Virus record (IMG/VR): IMGVR_UViG_3300029651_000001
Span: 22,512-86,511 of that record
Direction: 5' to 3' (one strand)
From: a virus
Length of the DNA stretch: 64,000 bases
The translations under genes and the position numbers were made by a program. Each line of letters begins with the position of its first letter. Position 1 is the stretch's first letter. Below the pieces are notes generated by a model. It saw nothing but the letters and a program-made list of their open reading frames with translations. It searched no databases and was not told the DNA's origin. Shown piece by piece: positions 60,679-64,000 of this stretch.

Positions 60679-60726
60679 GCATTCATAATGCGGGTGTCGG
60701 CGGTTCAAGTCCGCCCGTAGCTACCA
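60679..60726 (+). other. 3' fragment of a tRNA with CAU anticodon (Met or Ile2 type), candidate attP core
   Basis: GCA-TTCATAA-TGCGG-GTGTC-GGCGG-TTCAAGT-CCGCC-CGTAGCT-A-CCA. No matching 5' acceptor, D arm or full anticodon stem lies upstream. Confidence 0.7.
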
Positions 60727-60742
60727 AGTTTTTCAACGACTT

Positions 60743-60771
60743 AGGCCCACTTTATGTGGGCCTTTCTTTTG
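60743..60771 (+). terminator. rho-independent terminator downstream of the tRNA fragment
   Basis: AGGCCCAC-TTTAT-GTGGGCCT followed by TTCTTTTG. Confidence 0.7.
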
Positions 60772-60813
60772 TGGTTGTACCATTTTTGTGCTATTTCCTC
60801 CTTTTTAGTCCCC

Positions 60814-61005
60814 ATGACCCATCGGGACGAAGAAAGCATCTTCGATGCCCAAAGTCTTCCTCTCCCAAAAGGCGTCAGGAATGAAGTCGATGTTTGCGAG
60901 GAGCTTTCCATGAACTATGTCGACTACCTCGTGGCACCGGGCAAAGGTCCTACCCACCCCGATGCCTTGAAGCTCACCGTTGACGACCTTGTGGAGTTGA
61001 TCTAA
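60814..61005 (+). CDS. doubtful small ORF
   Basis: Start MTHRDEESIF with no clear SD. An equally long antisense ORF (60805..61017) exists, so strand and reality are unresolved. Confidence 0.25.
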   Translation: MTHRDEESIFDAQSLPLPKGVRNEVDVCEELSMNYVDYLVAPGKGPTHPDALKLTVDDLVELI

Positions 61006-61013
61006 GTCGGTAA

Positions 61014-62123
61014 TCAACGCACTCTCCTATTCAAATTGATCAGCGTCAGCTCCGGCGCCTGATCCCGCTCACACAGTTTCTCGACGGCGTTGATTAAATT
61101 CCGTATCTCGGCAGCCGAGTAGTGTGTGGTGATCCGGCCGGACTTGTGCCCCATAAGATCCTGCCGATCCTCGAGACTCACTTCAGCCGATCGGAGTCGT
61201 CTTCCGAACGTGTGGCGAAGATTGTGAGGACCCGACAATACAAGCTTCCCCGTAGGCAACCCGGCCTCTCGCCAGGCTTGTCGCCAAGCCCTGTTGTTCA
61301 TCCTATCCAACCGACTCCCTTTGTAAGGGAAGACGTAAGTTTCATCGATTCCTCGTTGAGCTTCGATCACCGATCTCGCCACTTTATTTAAAGGGACGAT
61401 GCGCTCCACCGCCTTTCCCTCCTGCCCTTTGACGACCCATTCCGGCAAGATGAAGACCGAGGTGCCGAGCGTCGGGAGTTTCTCCTCCCACTCCCAGCGA
61501 AGCTGGCAGATTTCCTGCTCCCGGCACCCGGTATTCACCGCGAACAAAGCCATGTTCGCCAGATACTCCGGCAGCAACTTGAAGAGCTTCCCTTGCTCCT
61601 CCCATGACAAGGGGTAAGGTCTTCGTTTAGGTCCTACTACATTGATGATCTTCGGGGCTGTTTCCAACCACGTCTTGCCGGTCAGCTCATCTCGCCAGAG
61701 GGTCGCCGCCAGGTTCAGGATGTTCCTGACAACGGCGAGGTCCCGGTTTATCGTACCGGCGGCAATCCCGGCCGCCCTCCTGTCCTTGATGAACTGGGAT
61801 AGGGAGCCCATATGGACCTGTTCCAAAGTGAGTTTATTCAAATACTCGTCCAACAAGGTGATCGAGACTGCGTCGCGATCGATACTCTTCTTTCTAGCCT
61901 CCTCCAGATACTTCACTGCAGCCTGTACCCACGTCCTTGTGGGGCGAACACCGTGAACTACCTGACGTTCGATCTCGGCGAGCCGCCTTGCGAGGTAAGC
62001 TTCCGCCCTTTCGATCTCGCGTTCGCCAGTGCTTTCTCTAAGCGGTCCATATCCTTTGACGTTCTTTCGGACATGCCAGATGTTACCGCGGAGGGTAAGA
62101 CCCGGGGTTTTTCTCTTTGACAT
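61014..62123 (-). CDS. int: tyrosine recombinase (phage integrase)
   Basis: 369 aa with motifs NTGCREQE, HNLRHTFGRRL and LMGHKSGRITTHY. Confidence 0.92.
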   Translation of the reverse strand: MSKRKTPGLTLRGNIWHVRKNVKGYGPLRESTGEREIERAEAYLARRLAEIERQVVHGVRPTRTWVQAAVKYLEEARKKSIDRDAVSITLLDEYLNKLTLEQVHMGSLSQFIKDRRAAGIAAGTINRDLAVVRNILNLAATLWRDELTGKTWLETAPKIINVVGPKRRPYPLSWEEQGKLFKLLPEYLANMALFAVNTGCREQEICQLRWEWEEKLPTLGTSVFILPEWVVKGQEGKAVERIVPLNKVARSVIEAQRGIDETYVFPYKGSRLDRMNNRAWRQAWREAGLPTGKLVLSGPHNLRHTFGRRLRSAEVSLEDRQDLMGHKSGRITTHYSAAEIRNLINAVEKLCERDQAPELTLINLNRRVR

Positions 62124-62353
62124 TTGTCGTCTCCTTCATCATTTGCAGCTTCAGGAGGCCGACCGTTGCGCCTCTTATGATCGTCGGCCCATTCGTTGAG
62201 TTCAAGTAGGTCGAACCGGACGCCGATTTCGCCGATGCGGATCTCGGTCAGCTTGGGCCGGACCACAGCGTTGAAAAAGTTTCTGTTGACGGACAGGTAA
62301 TGACACGCCTGAACCGTCCGCATGAACCGCGGGGGAAAGGATAGGTCTGCCAT
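61958..62353 (-). CDS. excisionase/AlpA-like HTH protein
   Basis: Motif RTVQACHYLSVNRNFFNAVVRPKLTEIRIGEIGVRFDLLELNEW. Leader motif upstream. Its 3' end overlaps int. Confidence 0.65.
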   Translation of the reverse strand: MADLSFPPRFMRTVQACHYLSVNRNFFNAVVRPKLTEIRIGEIGVRFDLLELNEWADDHKRRNGRPPEAANDEGDDKCQREKPRVLPSAVTSGMSERTSKDMDRLEKALANARSKGRKLTSQGGSPRSNVR

Positions 62354-62372
62354 AAGGTCTCCAAAGGGTTGA

Positions 62373-62570
62373 CTAGATGTTGTCTTCTGGAAAGAGATCC
62401 CGGCGCCGAATCCCTCGGGCCAACAACCCCAACCTAACCTTGTTCATGGCTTCCTTCTCTATTTGCTCGACACGGCACCGGCTGATGCCCAACTCTTGGG
62501 CAATCTCGCGGTAAAGGGCGCCGTCTTTGTTGGAGTGATCTGGTAAATCAGAGGCGTTCTGTTCGGACAT
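62373..62570 (-). CDS. sigma-70 region-4-like HTH mini-protein
   Basis: Motif YREIAQELGISRCRVEQIEKEAMNKVR. Leader motif upstream. Confidence 0.7.
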   Translation of the reverse strand: MSEQNASDLPDHSNKDGALYREIAQELGISRCRVEQIEKEAMNKVRLGLLARGIRRRDLFPEDNI

Positions 62571-62748
62571 TGGTTGGCTCCAAAGGGGTCAGAATATGGA
62601 CGCACCGATACCGGATCCTCCCAGTCACCTCCTTGTAGGCTTCAGCCCGGTCGCAGTGCGGTTCGTATTTGTCGTAAATTCGATAGATTGGATCGTGGCC
62701 GGATTTCCAATCCGGCTCGACAAGCTCCTGGATGGTGTCAGCTAACAC
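62548..62748 (-). CDS. hypothetical protein (GTG start uncertain)
   Basis: The ORF frame is continuous between its neighbours. Confidence 0.35.
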   Translation of the reverse strand: MLADTIQELVEPDWKSGHDPIYRIYDKYEPHCDRAEAYKEVTGRIRYRCVHILTPLEPTNVRTERL

Positions 62749-62980
62749 GGTTCTGCCACCTATCCAAAGGTGCTGTGCATTTACACTCCCGGCACCGGGC
62801 AATCGCCTTGGCCGGATTGTTCCGGTCGCCGCAGAACTGAACCTGCGGCGACTGGCACAAGGGGCAAGGGAGTGGCTTGGGCCAGGTTCCCGGGAATAGT
62901 TTTTCCCGCAGCGCCTCCACAGAGGAGGCGACCCGAATGTGTTGCTCGAGCTGGGTGCAAAGTTGTTCGAAGGTGCTCAT
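62738..62980 (-). CDS. zinc-ribbon protein, Lar-like restriction-alleviation candidate
   Basis: Motif CPLCQ...CRECKCTAPLDRWQNR. ATGA junction with the upstream gene. Confidence 0.45.
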   Translation of the reverse strand: MSTFEQLCTQLEQHIRVASSVEALREKLFPGTWPKPLPCPLCQSPQVQFCGDRNNPAKAIARCRECKCTAPLDRWQNRVS

Positions 62981-63576
62981 GCGGCCTTCTTTAACCCAGC
63001 TTCTGCTCGCTCCCATTGAGTCACGACAAACCGGCCGAACGGTCCTTTGCACGCCGGCCGGAAATCCCCTAGGCCGACTCGCTTGCCGGCATCGTCCACG
63101 ATCTGACGGAGCAGGCTTGCCGACATGAAGTCGTCATCTAGTTCCAACGTGAAGCTCAGTTGCCAGTCATTGAAGATCGGCCGGTGAGCCAGAATTCTGC
63201 CGCCAGTGCTTGGGATGCGGACGGCGCGGGTGTCGACCATCCAACCTTCCTTCGAGATGATCGGGATCTCTACCTCGCTGATCGCGACGCAAGCCGGAAT
63301 CAGCGAGCTTTTCTGGGTGGTGATCTTGGACTTACCGGCCTTGTGAAAAGCTCCGCCTGCGATGATACAGGCAAAGACGTTCGGGGAAGGAACGATCAAG
63401 GTTTCTCCGTCCACCGACCAGTACAGCTTCTTTTCGGCCTGTGCCTTGGGTGAGCCTTTCTCATTGCCGACGACAGCCGTCCGGGTCCCGGACGTCGCCG
63501 ACATGGCAGCTTCGTCGGTGAAGCGGTTCAGGATCAGCGGGGAAATACCTTCGATACGTATAGTAAAGTCGACCAT
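62977..63576 (-). CDS. hypothetical protein
   Basis: 199 aa. Leader motif upstream. C-terminal Gly-rich motif GLGDFRPACKGPFGRF. No family recognised. Confidence 0.7.
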   Translation of the reverse strand: MVDFTIRIEGISPLILNRFTDEAAMSATSGTRTAVVGNEKGSPKAQAEKKLYWSVDGETLIVPSPNVFACIIAGGAFHKAGKSKITTQKSSLIPACVAISEVEIPIISKEGWMVDTRAVRIPSTGGRILAHRPIFNDWQLSFTLELDDDFMSASLLRQIVDDAGKRVGLGDFRPACKGPFGRFVVTQWERAEAGLKKAA

Positions 63577-63659
63577 TTCAATCTCCAAAGGGTTAAGTTG
63601 CCTTGCTATTTGGTGAAGTGCTCACCAGAACTGCCCTCTCAAGAGAGGGCAGCCTACTG

Positions 63660-63740
63660 ATTACTCCGCCCTTGCCTCGCAGAGCCTTGCCACGCCGTAC
63701 CTTGCCTAGCCATACCTAGCCACGCCATGCCTAGCCATGC
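63660..63740. repeat. cluster of degenerate 10-12 bp iterons
   Basis: Successive units CCTTGCCTCGC, CCTTGCCACGC, CCTTGCCTAGC, CCTAGCCACGC, CATGCCTAGC. Confidence 0.6.
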
Positions 63741-64000
63741 AGGGCCCGACCTTGCGGAGTTGGTACCGAAGTACCGGAAAAACCACTCTTCCGAATGGTT
63801 AATCCGCTACTACCGTAGCCCTTGCCCTGCATTGCCTCGCCCTACCCAGCCATGCCTAGCCATGCCTAGCCGGGCAGGGCCCGACCTTGCGGAGTTGGTA
63901 CCGAAGTACCGGAAAAACCACTCTTCCGAATGGTTAATCCGCTACTACCGTAGCCCTTGCCCTGCATTGCCTCGCCCTACCCAGCCCTGCCTAGCCATGC
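63741..64000. repeat. 135-bp tandem direct repeat, at least 1.9 copies, truncated by the window end
   Basis: AGGGCCCGACCTTGCGGAGTTGGTACCGAAGTACCGGAAAAACC... starts at 63741 and again at 63876. Each unit carries the GGTAC-CGAA-GTACC palindrome. Confidence 0.85.

Larger units (their letters stand above)
1..64000. mobile_element. Temperate siphovirus-like phage genome segment (whole window, neither end reached)
   Basis: Continuous phage content: lambda-like head module, long tape measure, SLT endolysin, and a tyrosine integrase plus excisionase beside a tRNA 3' fragment. The same leader motif occurs on both sides of every candidate boundary. Confidence 0.9.

Noticed and set aside
60640-60726. 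Complete tRNA-Met/Ile gene
   Set aside because: Only the segment from the anticodon loop to CCA is tRNA-like. The upstream sequence cannot form the acceptor, the D arm or a full anticodon stem, so it is treated as an att-site fragment.
63660-64000. CRISPR array
   Set aside because: The repeats are a 135-bp tandem duplication plus 10-12 bp degenerate iterons with no unique spacers. No cas genes were seen.
1-64000. Diversity-generating retroelement, retron or other reverse-transcriptase system linked to the repeat-rich tail and head-fibre genes
   Set aside because: No ORF shows reverse-transcriptase motifs such as YxDD. No template/variable repeat pair with adenine-specific differences was seen.

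Overview
The whole 64 kb window is phage DNA, from a temperate siphovirus-like phage. Neither genome end is reached. Layout: (i) 1-25.3 kb holds about 70 short, tightly coupled leftward early ORFs. Most have no recognisable function. Recognisable ones are an HU-like protein, a DUF932 protein, a NinX/DUF2591-like protein, nine Ead/Ea22-like paralogs, a 660-aa orphan and a PEP-CTERM exported protein. (ii) 22.7-23.4 kb, inside that early arm, carries a circularly permuted (two-piece) tmRNA gene with a readable tag frame (ANDDTYAPLKAAA). This is the strongest finding. (iii) 25.3-29.3 kb is a regulatory hub: an AT-rich 565-bp gap with ATGTACAA repeats, two families of palindromes, intrinsic terminators and small leftward genes. 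(iv) 29.3-60 kb is the rightward late operon. It encodes an AP2-like DNA binder, an SLT endolysin with small membrane ORFs, a GpA-like large terminase, portal, S49 protease/scaffold, decoration-like protein and major capsid. It continues with a LamG/tandem-repeat protein, major tail protein, chaperone, an 1824-aa tape measure and tail-tip/fibre genes. (v) 59.97-60.56 kb is a FimT/GspH-like minor pilin moron. (vi) 60.68-60.77 kb is a tRNA(CAU) 3' fragment with its own terminator, a candidate attP. It sits beside a leftward integrase, excisionase, sigma-region-4-like and Lar-like module. (vii) From 63.66 kb to the window end there are short iterons and a 135-bp tandem repeat. More than 25 leftward genes share the leader AACCCTTTGGAGA-N5-9-ATG, whereas late genes use ordinary AGGAGG sites. 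No CRISPR array, reverse transcriptase, rRNA, complete tRNA, replication gene or CI/Cro-type repressor was recognised. Functional calls rest on motifs read by eye and on gene order, so starts and products need computational confirmation.
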